This document shows, in pieces, positions 30,276-41,876 of a stretch of 64,000 nt of DNA. Both the position numbers and the translations under genes were made by a program. The notes below the pieces were generated by a model. The model ran no database searches and was not told where the DNA came from. It worked only from the letters and a program-made list of their open reading frames with translations. Origin of the DNA: the human T2T-CHM13v2.0 reference genome, Homo sapiens. The stretch lies in NCBI RefSeq assembly GCF_009914755.1, contig NC_060931.1. One strand, given 5' to 3'. Positions within the stretch are counted from its first letter, which is position 1. The number at the start of each line of letters is the position of its first letter.

Positions 30276-32695
30276 AGTCTACCCCTTGTCAACTTGAACC
30301 CATACACATCTCCTGAGATCATACATAATCTTCAAATAAAGACAATAAAGGTCATAATTATGCCTAACCTAATACAACTATCCTTTTTACAACTGGAAAT
30401 TCACCAATCCCCAACCCAAATACTAGTACATAAAGTTAACAATATTTAAATGCTGTTATGAAGTCAATAAATCTTGTGTCACATGATAAAGGAGAAAGGA
30501 AATAAAATGCAGATATTTTTTTAGTACAAGTCTATACATGCACAAACATGTTCTTTACATAAGAAAGAGGAAGTACTCATGACAATTACAGTCCTTGTGT
30601 CTGCAACCGGTCGCGTCGTCATAGCTGGTGTTGATGACTACCTTCTTCTACTACCCATTCTGTATTCCCTTTGCCTTTAGCAAGCACCTCAGTGGTCGTG
30701 GGTTTTTCCTGATGGAGTGACCCAAACATTCATTCTTGAAGGGTCTGGGTGATTTGTAGTCCTGCCTGGATTGGGCTGTTGTAGTTTCCCATTGACCTTA
30801 ATCACAGGGCATGGTAATACTAAGAGACATCCTAATGGAGCTCCTGAATTCCATGTGTGCTATTCCTTACCTCAGTTGTGGAGTAGTAGACTGATTTCAT
30901 TTTGATAGTCTGGGTCAACCACCCAGCCAACACCATAGCTCCCTTCTTAGCCTGTTGACTTAAATGTAGGAGGAGACCAAAGTATCCAGTTCGCAATCTT
31001 AACTTCCAGTTTAATGGAATCATTGTTGTGTCTCCCAGTGGCAGTGTTCCTCCCTCTGGAACTAAGACCTCTAGGCCAGCAGAATGTAATGTTGCGGGAA
31101 CAGAAGCAAAAAAATTTGCTAGTGGATCACTAGGGGTGATGGTGAGTGGTGCCACTTTCACTTCCATCCCTTGGTTCCTGGACCTGTAAATCCTGGTTAT
31201 GAGAGAAACAGTACCATATATTCGATGCTGATTCAGAGCATACATGACCTTCTGGAGAACTTTGCCACAGCCCTGCAAAGTATTGTCACCTAATTGGCAT
31301 TGTAATTGTGACTTCAAAAGGCCATTCCACTATTCTATCAATCCAGCTGCTTCAGGATGATGGGGAACATGGTAAGACCAGTGAATTCCATGAGCATGAG
31401 CCCACTGCCACACTTCTTTAGCTGTAAAATGAGTGTCTTGGTTGGACGGAATGCCGTGTGAAATACCATTATGGTGGAAAAGGCATTCTGTGAATCTACA
31501 AATGGTAGTCCTGGTAGAAGTATTGCATGCATTAGGCAATAGGATAAGCAAACCCATATCCAGAGTAAGGGTCTATTCTAGTAAGGACAAATCTCTGCCC
31601 TTTCCATGATGGAAGACGTCCAATATAATCAACCTGCCACCAGGTAGCTGGCTGAACACCTGAGGAATGGTGCCATATCGAGGGCTCAGTGTTGGTCTCT
31701 GCTACTGGAAAACTGGGCACACAGCAGAGGCCATAGCCAGGTCAGCCTTGGTGAGTGGAAGTCCATGTTGCTGAGCTCATGCATAACCTCCATCCCTGCC
31801 ATCATGGCCACTTTGTTCATGAGCCCATTTGGCAATGACAGGGGTGGCTGGGAAAAAAGGCTGAGTGGTGTCCACAGAACGGGTCATCTTGTCCACTTAA
31901 TTATTAAACTCCTCCTCTGCTGAGGTCACCCATTGGTAAGAACTCACATGGGATACAAGTATCTTCACAGTTTTTCACCACTTATAGAGGTTCACCCACA
32001 TACCTCTTCCCCAAATTTCTTTGTCACCAATTTTCCAATCATGGTTCTTCCAAGTCCTTGGCAATCCAGCCAAACCATTGGCTACAGCCCATGAATCAGT
32101 ATATAATCACATATCTGCCCATTTCTCATTCCATGCAAAGTGTGCAACCAAGTGCACTGCTTGAAGTTCTGACCACTGGGAAGATTTCCCTTCACTGCTA
32201 TCTTTCAGGGATATCCTAGAAAGGGGCTGTAGTGCGCAACTGCCCACTTTCGGGTGGTGCCTGCATATCGTGCAGAAGCACGTGTGAACCAGGCCCTAGT
32301 CTTCTCTTCCTCAGTCAACTGATCATAGGGACCTCCCCATGAGGCCATCATTTCAGGCTGGGAGAGAGAAGGCAGGGTGGCAGGATTGGAGACCATAGCC
32401 ATTTGAGCCACTTCCTCACGTAACTTACTTGTGTCTTCGAGACCTGCTCAAGCCGGCTCATCTATATACCACTTCCATTTGATGATGGAATGCTGCTGTG
32501 CACAACCTACTTAATGGCTAGGTGGGTCAGAAAGCACCCAGATCATGATAGGCAGTTCAGGTCACATGGTGACTTGATGACCCATAGTAACACGTTCAGT
32601 TTCCACCAAAGCCCTGTAATGGGCCAAGAGCTGTCTCTCAAAAGGCGAGTAGTTATCTGCGGAAGATGGCAGGGCCTTGCTCCAAAATCCCGTCA
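30276..32695 (-). mobile_element. HERV-L internal fragment: decayed pol (connection/RNase H, integrase) and dUTPase
   Basis: Minus-strand peptides YSPFERQLLAHYRALVETE, RAWFTRASARYAGTTRKW (RNase H), WQVDYIGRLPSWKGQRFVLTRIDPYSGYGFAYP and GIHWSYHVPHHPEAAGLIE (integrase core), SAGLEVLVPEGGTLPLGDTTMIPLNWKLRL (dUTPase, downstream of IN as in ERV-L). Multiple stops and frameshifts. Confidence 0.95.
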
Positions 32696-34446
32696 TCCTG
32701 CAATAGGATAAAATACTGCCTATATAGCAAAATGCAGCTGTGTGCAGATATTTATCATATTGGCTCCACATATCCTAACATTTGTGAAAAACAAGTGGCT
32801 ACATGAAAGTATATCAGCAGGCTTCATTTTACATGGTAGGACAGCAGCACGATCTAAAAATACAATACAAAATCTTAGAGTGGATGAGAGGCAAATTTAA
32901 GAGTAATTTTAAAATCTGACACTCAAGCAAAATAAAAATTAATACGTAGAATTTTTCTAAATACAAAATAAATACGTCATTGAGGGAATTAACCCTTTTT
33001 AATCTAGATGTCCATCTTACCACATAGTCTCCCAAATGCATACTTAGCTACTTGCATTCTATATTTCTATATGCAACTGGAATATTAAAATGTTCATAAG
33101 TGTTAGATATTTTTTAAAAATAATCAAGTCATATATGTTTCTGTATTCCACAAATTATAACATACAATTGATTGTCCTGATGAGAATAAAAAATAAACAA
33201 CTTTTTTTGAACAGGTTTTGTTTGAGATAGGGAAGGCCTGTAAAGCTGACCAAGACATTTAATGCTTTCACAATAAATACAAGCAAAAAGTATACCTTCC
33301 AAGAATGTTACGCTGATGCCCTAAGGGATTCGGGGCTCTAACCTAACTAAATACAACATCCTGAGAGGTGAGAGTAGGAAAGCATGCTATTATATCTCAC
33401 AGGAAACATTCCGATTCTGGTGTCTCATTCTCATGACAAAGGTGGCAAGCAGAATAGAGAATAGCACAGCATGGATCCCTCCTCCTGACAAAGACAGGAA
33501 GAAGAATGGAAAATAATGCAAAGTTAGTGCCTTCTTGTTCAAATATATTATAATCTTAGGTCTTCCTCTCTTCCAGCAAGGATGTGAGACATTTAGTCCT
33601 GACAAAGTGAAACTGTGATATAATAATTGCTAGAACTGCAGGCTTTAGAGAGTTTCAGGGTTTGCTTTCCAAATAGAAGGTGTATTATCATTCACAAGTG
33701 TTTTCGCTTTCCCAGAAAGAATTTTTTAAAGGAAATATAATTGTTATACCATAGAATTTTATAGAAAGTAGAGGCGAGAGTCTTCAAAAATTGTGTTGTG
33801 GTAACCTTAGACTATTTGCAAAAGAAAATAATTTATGTTGGAAAACAAAGGCAAAAACATCTACTGCAAATGCTGCAGTTACAGTATTTGTCATTGCATC
33901 TAGTGATAGCATGGAACAAATAGCACAGCTCTGACTGTAGGTGTATATGTGTTCATGCCATCATGTATACATGAACAAAAGTAAGCTAGAAATTGTAATA
34001 ACAAAACAAATTGATAGAAGTCAGAAAAACAGCTAATTGTCACATGTCATTAAAATATTTTTCAAGGGTCAAAGCTCCACAATTAAAGCAAACTGAGAAA
34101 AAAACTTAAGTATTTAAAAAAATAAAACTTGTGCATAAATACTATTATCTGGATATTTATTTCATTTAATATAGTATTCTGACCATTTCAAGTTGTAACC
34201 AGGGAAATCCACTGCAAATTCAACAGGTTGTAGTTATTCAAATTTTGGGATGTCTAATTTCAAACCTTCAATCTGAAATATTTTTTGCCATATCTAGAGC
34301 TTGAACTTCTAAATAGTTTGAGAAGTTCTAGGAGCAATGTAACAGGGGCTTTACATACATTCAGGTTTAACTCTCACAGCCCTCTGTGAAAAAGAACCTG
34401 CTATTATCTGTACTTTACCAAAAGGACACAGCACATCACACATCTA

Positions 34447-35045
34447 TGTGGTGGGGTAAGGGCCGGGGGAAAACTTCTCTTTTGTCCTCTGAAGGTTCAC
34501 TGAAAATTAACTGACAAATGACCGATTAATAGAATAAATAGCACATACATTTATTAACATGCATGGAGGAAAATTGCAGAGTGATTACCACACGTGGGGT
34601 ATGGATGGTTCTATACCCTTCTTCTTAGGGAAAATGGAGATGGGAAAATGTGGATGATTTAAGGGGGCCAGTAAATGATTTTGAGGAAAATTCAATAAAC
34701 TTGAAGAACATACAACGGCTTGGAACAAAGTCTGTTGGGCCTGCAGAACAAGGGTTTGTGACAAAAGGCTGTCAGGTGTGTTGAGAGATTTCAATCTTTT
34801 TTTCTGGCAACATGAGTTCAGTTAATGAAAACTCAGGGAAGGGACCAGAGGCAATTGTTTTCTCCTTTGGCAGGTCCAGAGTTTAGGCAGATAAGGGAAC
34901 TCCAGAGAACAACCTCATTCTGTGCTTTGGGAGAGAAAAACGATTGAGAGATAGATGGATGGGGAGTTCAGAGGGACCTTGAGGCTTCTTCAGTTCAGCA
35001 TGTCCAAATGTCATATTTTAGGGTATCAGTTTCTAAGCCCAAACA
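34447..35045 (-). mobile_element. ERV1 solo LTR (MER34/MER39-like, MER4 group)
   Basis: TG...CA ends; reverse complement begins TGTTTGGGCTTAGAAACTGATACCCTAAAATATGACATTTGGACATGCTGAACTGAAGAAGCCTCAAGG. Confidence 0.78.
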
Positions 35046-35699
35046 TTGAAAACTGGGATTGAATCTCCAAGTTTAAAATAAGGAGTGAAGCTGGCACTAA
35101 AATCAGAAGTACTATACTTTGAGACTTGCACTGTGCTATACACATGTGAAGACATCTGAACCTATTTCTCATGAAAAATGATCTGATAATTGTGTCTAAT
35201 TTATTAATTAATAGAAATATGAGACTCAAAAAGTGACTTATTGAAGGAGTCGTCAGCAGATCTGAATCTTGCATGTATACACTTTGTACTTGCTTTTTGT
35301 TCTAAAAGTCTCAGCATTGGTTAGCCTTGGCTTGCTCATAATGGGAAATTGGGTATTTAGACAATAGTCCCATGGGTGCTTTTTGCAACGACCTCTTAAA
35401 GAGCTCATGACAGAGACAATAGCTAAACAGATTGGAGTGGAAATTCAGTTTTAAGATCTAGTCTCTCAAATCACTGTGTTCCTAAAGCACTGTGCAACAC
35501 CCAGATAGAAGAGGTAACCACCTTGAATGTGATGTAGTAGTAAAGATCATGTTGCATGGGAAGTTTAAGAAACTGAAATACTAAGTTATATAAAAGGTAT
35601 AAAAATGGTATAGTCAGAAATAAAGTGACATAAATTATTATAAGTAGGCTTGAAAAACTTTCAGAACGTGTAAAGGTCTAGAAAGAATGTCAAAAATAA

Positions 35700-35925
35700 T
35701 CACAATAGCTAATATTTTTAGATGCTTACTCTGGTAGGTATCACCCTATGTGCTTTATGACATTAACTTATCCTCACAATAATCCTATGATGTAGAATTG
35801 TTGTTGTTATTAATGTAATATCATTGAATACATAAGGAGAATGAGATAGATTTAGAACTTGCCCAAGGTCACTGGACTTTAACTCAGGCAGTTAGCTGTA
35901 GGCTCTGTGACCTCAGTTACTAACA
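35700..35925 (-). mobile_element. MIR SINE
   Basis: TATCCTCACAATAATCCTATGA...AACTTGCCCAAGGTCAC...AACTCAGGCAGT. Confidence 0.8.
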
Positions 35926-36191
35926 TACAACCTTATATATGGTTGAAAGCACTAGAGAGAGAGAAAGGAACCTGAGAGAGGGCTGACATTTAGAGATTCT
36001 ACTTTAAAAAATAGTATATAGCAAGGACAATTTTCTTTTTATTTAGGATTTTTAAATCGTACTTCAAGCTGGTATAAGCAGGAAAATGAATGTTGCACAT
36101 GTGAAAGAATAGAGAAGTATAGGGAAAAAAGAAACAAGAGGGAAATAAAGGGAAAGAACTCAATCTAGAACAACACATTTTCTACTCCCAC

Positions 36192-36326
36192 TATTATTGA
36201 TATCCAAATTTAGTATCAGACAAGTAGTAGAGAGAGGAACATACAATTAATCTGCAGGGCAACCAAATGAACATATTCCTGCCTACATACATTCATAATA
36301 GGTCCAATGTGTATAGTGTTACACAA
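36192..36326 (+). repeat. Dispersed about 135-bp direct repeat, copy 1
   Basis: Aligns by eye with 37238-37373 along its whole length, e.g. AATTAATCTGCAGG.CAACCAAAT.AACATATTC and GTGTATAGTGTTACACAA. Confidence 0.92.
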
Positions 36327-37237
36327 TGATATAATGTATCATTGATTAGTCTTTGCTGCAAAGGTCCAAATAAGCATAATGCAATATTGCTATTATTACA
36401 CTTACCAGATGCCATCGTATGGTTCCCCATTTAGCACTATTGCTTACTTATGTTTCTTAATTAGTTTAGGGATATTGTTTCTGCTCCCAGTCAATTAAAG
36501 TGGTTTACAGAGAGGGGAAAGAATGTGTGATTAGGGCAATCCAAGAGGTAATGAGAATAGTTTTGAACTCCCTATTTTGTAAATAATACCTGCTCATATT
36601 TACTTGTTCTGAGAAAAGTTAATGAATGTCATTAGAATCTGAGAAAGTTAAAATCTTAGAATTTTATTACAAGAAAGAACATCTTACTTCTTACTTTAGA
36701 ATGCATTGGAGAAGGAATGTCTCCAATAAGGCTGTCAGGTCACACTGTCCACATATAAAATGATTGATGCTTGCAAAAATAAGGGTTGTAGATATTAAGA
36801 GGCAGCATTTCATGTTGTTTCATTTTGTGCTAGTTGTACTACTCGCTAAATATATTATAATATTATAAGTACCAAAACATTAAAAAAGCCAACATCCTAA
36901 AATAACTTGGTAGATATAAGCCCCAAAAAGTCACTACTGATTTTTTCCCTTTTTGTGTCGCTTAATGGGAACTAAAATATCCTAGTTGCTATTCTTTTAG
37001 TTCAGGAGATTATGTACCTTTGGTTTCTTCCACATCTAGGAAGATACAAATCGCTAACTCCTCTAGGTTTTAATCTTCTCATCTCTGCAATGGAATAGAT
37101 AAGATATTAAATTTCTTTTTTTCAATATTGCCTTCCAATGACATTTTGTTTAAAGATCACATTCAGTCGGTCCAGCTGTAGGGGTGTTTTAAGAGATGCT
37201 TTGAATATTTTATGGTCATATTTGTGCTAATGATTTA

Positions 37238-37373
37238 TATTATTAATATCCAATATTAGTATTCAGACAAATAGTAGAGGAAGGAACATATAATTAATCT
37301 GCAGGACAACCAAATAAACATATTCATACCTACATACATCCATCATAGGTCCAAAGTGTATAGTGTTACACAA
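37238..37373 (+). repeat. Dispersed about 135-bp direct repeat, copy 2
   Basis: See copy 1; scattered substitutions and small indels. Confidence 0.92.
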
Positions 37374-37399
37374 GAAAGCAAGGTGTTGGGAAAATGTTG

Positions 37400-37870
37400 T
37401 CAGAATGTTTTAAACATACCAATATTTATATCATCAAAAAAGTAATTCTATTTTCCTTGAAATTGTTGTCTTGGAAGGCTGTATGCTTTATTTCAACAAT
37501 TACATTACTGTTCAAAACAGTATTTCAACTCATTTTCTGGAACTGCCTTTAAAATCTGTGACACTTTTGTATGAACAGCCTCAATGCTGGCAAAATTTTA
37601 TTAATGATGGGTGGGTTTGGTTGTTTACAAAAGAAGAAGATCAAGTTTCTTATAGAGTTTATTGAATGACTTCTACATAACACCAAATAAAGTATTCCAA
37701 AATTGTTTTGAACAATTTATGTTCAAATTTTATTACAAGAGAAAACATCTTACAGCATCATTGCAACCATACACACATCTGAGCTGCAATACAATAAAAT
37801 TTCTATGAACAAGCTTCCCCAAGGAATTACTATGCAGAAGAATATCACTCATTTGGTAGTATAATTTCTA
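37400..37870. mobile_element. Mariner-derived relic (MARNA-like)
   Basis: CTTGGAAGGCTGTATGCTTTATTTCAAC...TGTTCAAAACA and its inverse TTCCAAAATTGTTTTGAACAAT...CCCAAGGAATTACT. Confidence 0.5.
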
Positions 37871-39267
37871 GCTTTTTCTTTTATAAATTTCTTGCTTTAG
37901 CATTTATACATCATGTATACAGATATTTTTCTATCTATAGAAATAATATGAATATCTGTCATAAAATAATTGTCATAATATATTGATAAATTTTTCCTTT
38001 CTGTATTTCATGCATTTCAAGTATATATCAACACATTGTATAACTGTAGAATTATACACAGTTACCTGTAAGGTGATATAGATGATTTAAGATGACATTT
38101 TTCTTTCTATTCTGTCCAATTTGTGTGTGATATTTTATTTAATAGTATTTTTGAAAAGAAATATATTATTTGATAAAATTATTACTCAATGAATTCCATC
38201 AAAATGTCATCTTTTTGTGTGCTTAAAAGGCTTCTTATCCTCTATTATTAAGTGATAAAAGATTATAATTTGACAAAAATTGATACAAAAATGATTTTAA
38301 AAGTATGTTTTAATAAAATGTAACATAAAATGCAAAGCAAATATAAAAAATAATTCCTTTATTATATCAAAACTAAATTTTAATTTTTCCAATTTGCCCT
38401 ATATATTTTTATATGTAGTGCATATATATATTATATGTATACACACACACACAACATACATACACACACACACATACATACATACATACATTCTATTTAT
38501 TACTTTTGGTTATTTTTAGGTATATACCCGATTTTTTGTTTTTCACTTTTAGTTTACATTAATGATAACAAGATTACTAGATCCCTAAATATTTCTACAT
38601 GCTTCAATATGTTTTGTGTGTGTATTATAAAGCTTCTTATAGTGCTACCATTTTAAAAAGTTGCATTTAGTTAGTAAATCTGAATCATGCTCTTAATTAT
38701 CTGCTGAATCATAGTAGGAAAAGTTCTCTGAATAATTTATTAAAAAAACTAAAGATAAATTTAGTAAAACTGTATAAATGCATAGTTAATGATCCTAGGA
38801 ACTTAATTATACATGGCATATTTGAAAATAGATTTAATATTAATTGAAAAAGAAAAATACTTTGTCCATAATTTCATAGAAATGAGTTACTTTTCATTGG
38901 AAAAAGAAATTTGTACTATCCTGTATCAGTTGTCAATGTAAATTTCCAAAGTAGCACACAGAACATTATTTTAGCATTTATGTTATTCATTAAATAACTA
39001 TTAAACTGGTCAAAAACCATCGAGGAAATAAATCAAATGGATAATATATCAATCATTATTCCCCCTCAAGGGGGATACATCCTATTAGGGAATACCAAAC
39101 TGGCATGAAAATAATCATAATACAAATAAAAATGTCATCTATACTATTGTAAATACTCATGCAAGTTCTATAAAAAAAGATAAATAATAATCTCATCTGT
39201 GGATAATAAAGAAAAGTATTTGGGGAGCAGGCCATTTGATTGATCTACGAAGTTTACTCCAAAGGCC

Positions 39268-39832
39268 TGTTATCAATTACTACATAAAAAACTATCTCCA
39301 AATTTATCAACTTAAATACACATTTATTATCTCACAGTTTCTGGAGACCAGGAATCTGGTCACAGCTTAACTGGATTCTCTGCCTCACATTCTTACAAAG
39401 ATGGCAGTCCAGGGTCTGCAGTTTCATCTGAAGCCTCAACTAGGGAGTGATCAATCCACTTGCAAATTCACTCAGCCTTTGTTGGTAAGATTCAGTTCCT
39501 CAGAGATGGTTGGACTAAGGGTCTCAGTTTCTTGCTGGCTGTTAGTCAGAGCTAACTCTTGGTTCCTTGTGATGAGAACCTTTACAGCATGGAAGCTTGC
39601 ATTTTCAGAGTGTGAAAGCTGAGTAAGGCAATAAAGAGTGTGCTAGCAAGATACAAAGAAGACACATTTTTTTTTAACCTGACGGTGACATCCTATCCCC
39701 TTTGCTGTATTCTCTTGGTTAGAAGCAAGCCACTAGTTGCAGCCTGTTCTCAAGGGGAAGGGTAGCTGCACATGGTTGGGAACTCAAGGAGGTGAGGTTA
39801 TTGAGGGCCAACTTAGAACACTGCTTACTGTA
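39268..39832 (-). mobile_element. MLT1E/F-type solo LTR
   Basis: CATTTATTATCTCACAGTTTCTGGAGACCAGGAATCTGGTCACAGCTTAACTGG...TTGGTTAGAAGCAAGCCACTAG. Confidence 0.82.
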
Positions 39833-40174
39833 GAAATTAGTGAAAAAGTCTTGTAGATATTCCATGGAAGAAAGAAAGGGATACAAATTTTCAACTATAT
39901 GTATTAAAACTTTATTGGAGTACTATCCATTTGGACTGATCTTTGGAGTTGAATTTAGAAGCCTGTTAACTAAAATGTTTTTATTTCGAAGCTAGTTATT
40001 GTCTAAGTGAGTCATTAAGAATTTCTTTTGACCTATGATCATACTATTAAGAATAACTACTATTCTTTGAGTATTTATTACTTACCAACAACTAGGCATT
40101 TATGATCTCATTTAACTACAATAATCTACTTATAAAATGAGTACTGTATTTAAAGAAGAAAACCTGGACAAGTT

Positions 40175-40610
40175 ACTTAAAGATGCTTTAATGTAAAATA
40201 TATTGCAGTAATAAATAAACACAAACATATCTCAATGCAATAGAAATTTATTTCTTGCTTACATAACATTCTAAGGTTTACCCAGGCTGGAAAGTATGGG
40301 GATAAGGCAGTGGATCTGCCCCCAGTTTTTATTTACAGACTTAGGCTGATGATGCATCTGCTGTCATCACTATGTGGCTTCAAAGTTTGCTGTACAAATT
40401 TACTGAGAAGTATAGAGCAATTTAAGTAGGCAGTTCTTCCGAGCCTAGACTGAAAGTGACACACATCATTCTACCTACATTCCTTTTGTTAAAACTACAT
40501 TGTTTGTCTCTCCCTCATTTCAAAGGAAGTTTAGAGTTGTAATCTAGGTCTATAGCCTAAGAGGGAATGGAAAATGTACTGTGGTTGACTAGGTGGCAGT
40601 TTCTGCCATA
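40175..40610 (-). mobile_element. Old MLT1 (H/I/J-type) LTR next to a MIR fragment
   Basis: AATTTATTTCTTGCTTACATAAC...GAAAGTGACACACATCATTCTACCTACATTCC...GTTTCTGCCATA. Confidence 0.65.
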
Positions 40611-41272
40611 AAGTAAAAATCAAGACTCTAAAATACCCTGAGATCATTCAGGTTGAAAAATTGCATGTACTAGAATGTAATACAACTACATATGTGTCTG
40701 TGCTCGGAGCATTTTAAACTCCACGTTCACAAGGAAACAGCCCAAACCACAGAGCAGTTGCCTCTACAGAAAAACAGAGTATAAGAAGGTCGTGTGTTTA
40801 GTCCTACCTTAGGATGAGTTCCATTTAAGAAAATTTGTTCAGCCATTCATTTCAACCTGAAGCTGCCTTTAAAAAGTCTTTAATAAACTACAAGGAACCT
40901 TCTAGTTGCAAGAGTAATTTAAGAGTTCTTAGGACATGAGTCAGTATGTGTGGGTGTATAGGAGAGCAGAAAAGGCTTAGGCACACTTATCCCATTCATG
41001 ATATCAAATATAGGCCATGGGGAATTTAATGGGCCTGATTTTGGGAGTTTTCACTATACTATGCTACCACCTGTGACATAAATTTAAATCAAGGACAAGG
41101 ACAGAAATCCCAGTAACTTTCTGTGTCCTCTCTTAACTTTGTAATATTTTCAGAATATGATTTCTTTGGATCTTTATCTTTTTCTAACACCTCCCATGAG
41201 CATAAACCTACCTTGCTGATGGTTAATTTCCAACATTATAATAATACACTTCACCCTCTCTTCAGAAGTGGC

Positions 41273-41339
41273 TGTATTAGTCTGCTCTTGTTTTGCTGTA
41301 GAGAAATACCTGAGACTGGGTAAGTTATAAAGAAAAGAG
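41273..41339 (-). mobile_element. Truncated MST/THE1-type LTR end
   Basis: TGTATTAGTCTGCTCTTGTTTTGCTGTAGAGAAATACCTGAGACTGGGTAAGTTATAAAGAAAAGAG, then abrupt loss of similarity. Confidence 0.8.
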
Positions 41340-41340
41340 A

Positions 41341-41413
41341 CACTAATGGAAGGCATGTATAGACATTGATTATATATGTCTTCACTAATGTCTATACATC
41401 CCTTCCTTTAGTG
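41341..41413. repeat. Inverted repeat, 27-bp arms (25/27) with 19-nt loop
   Basis: CACTAATGGAAGGCATGTATAGACATT versus AATGTCTATACATCCCTTCCTTTAGTG. Confidence 0.92.
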
Positions 41414-41838
41414 ATTCATTAATCATATTTTTTTTTACATCTAAGTGTAATCCAGTAGCCTTATTTCTGTGGCCCCATGTTCATCGAAAGCATAGCTTTA
41501 AGCCCTCCATGTTCACATTTACCTATTTAATTAGTTAGCAGTTACAGACTTATGGTCAGAAAGATCAGAGAATTGAAGTATATGTGATAGAATATATCCT
41601 GCTGACAAACAACGAATTTGCCTACTTTGTTATTGCCAAGAACACACACAACTCACTATACTTCTCTATCAGAAATGTCCTTTTAATGGCTCCAGTGGTT
41701 TTCACTCCCACTAACACTCTACATTGGTGTTGTTACTGTCAGAAGTTGAACAAATATCATAAGACTCTCTGGTGGAACTTGCAGATTCAGTGTGGAGAGA
41801 TCCAAAGTTGTACAAGCATTATGTAACCATGATCAGGC

Positions 41839-41876
41839 CAAAGGGGTGATCATCCAGGAGGATCATCACCCCTTTG
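41839..41876. repeat. Inverted repeat, 17-bp arms (16/17) with 4-nt loop
   Basis: CAAAGGGGTGATCATCC-AGGA-GGATCATCACCCCTTTG. Confidence 0.92.

Noticed and set aside
36400-36410. Isolated consensus splice donors on the minus strand (here and near 42405)
   Set aside because: No convincing paired acceptor or reading frame. Such motifs are expected by chance at this frequency.
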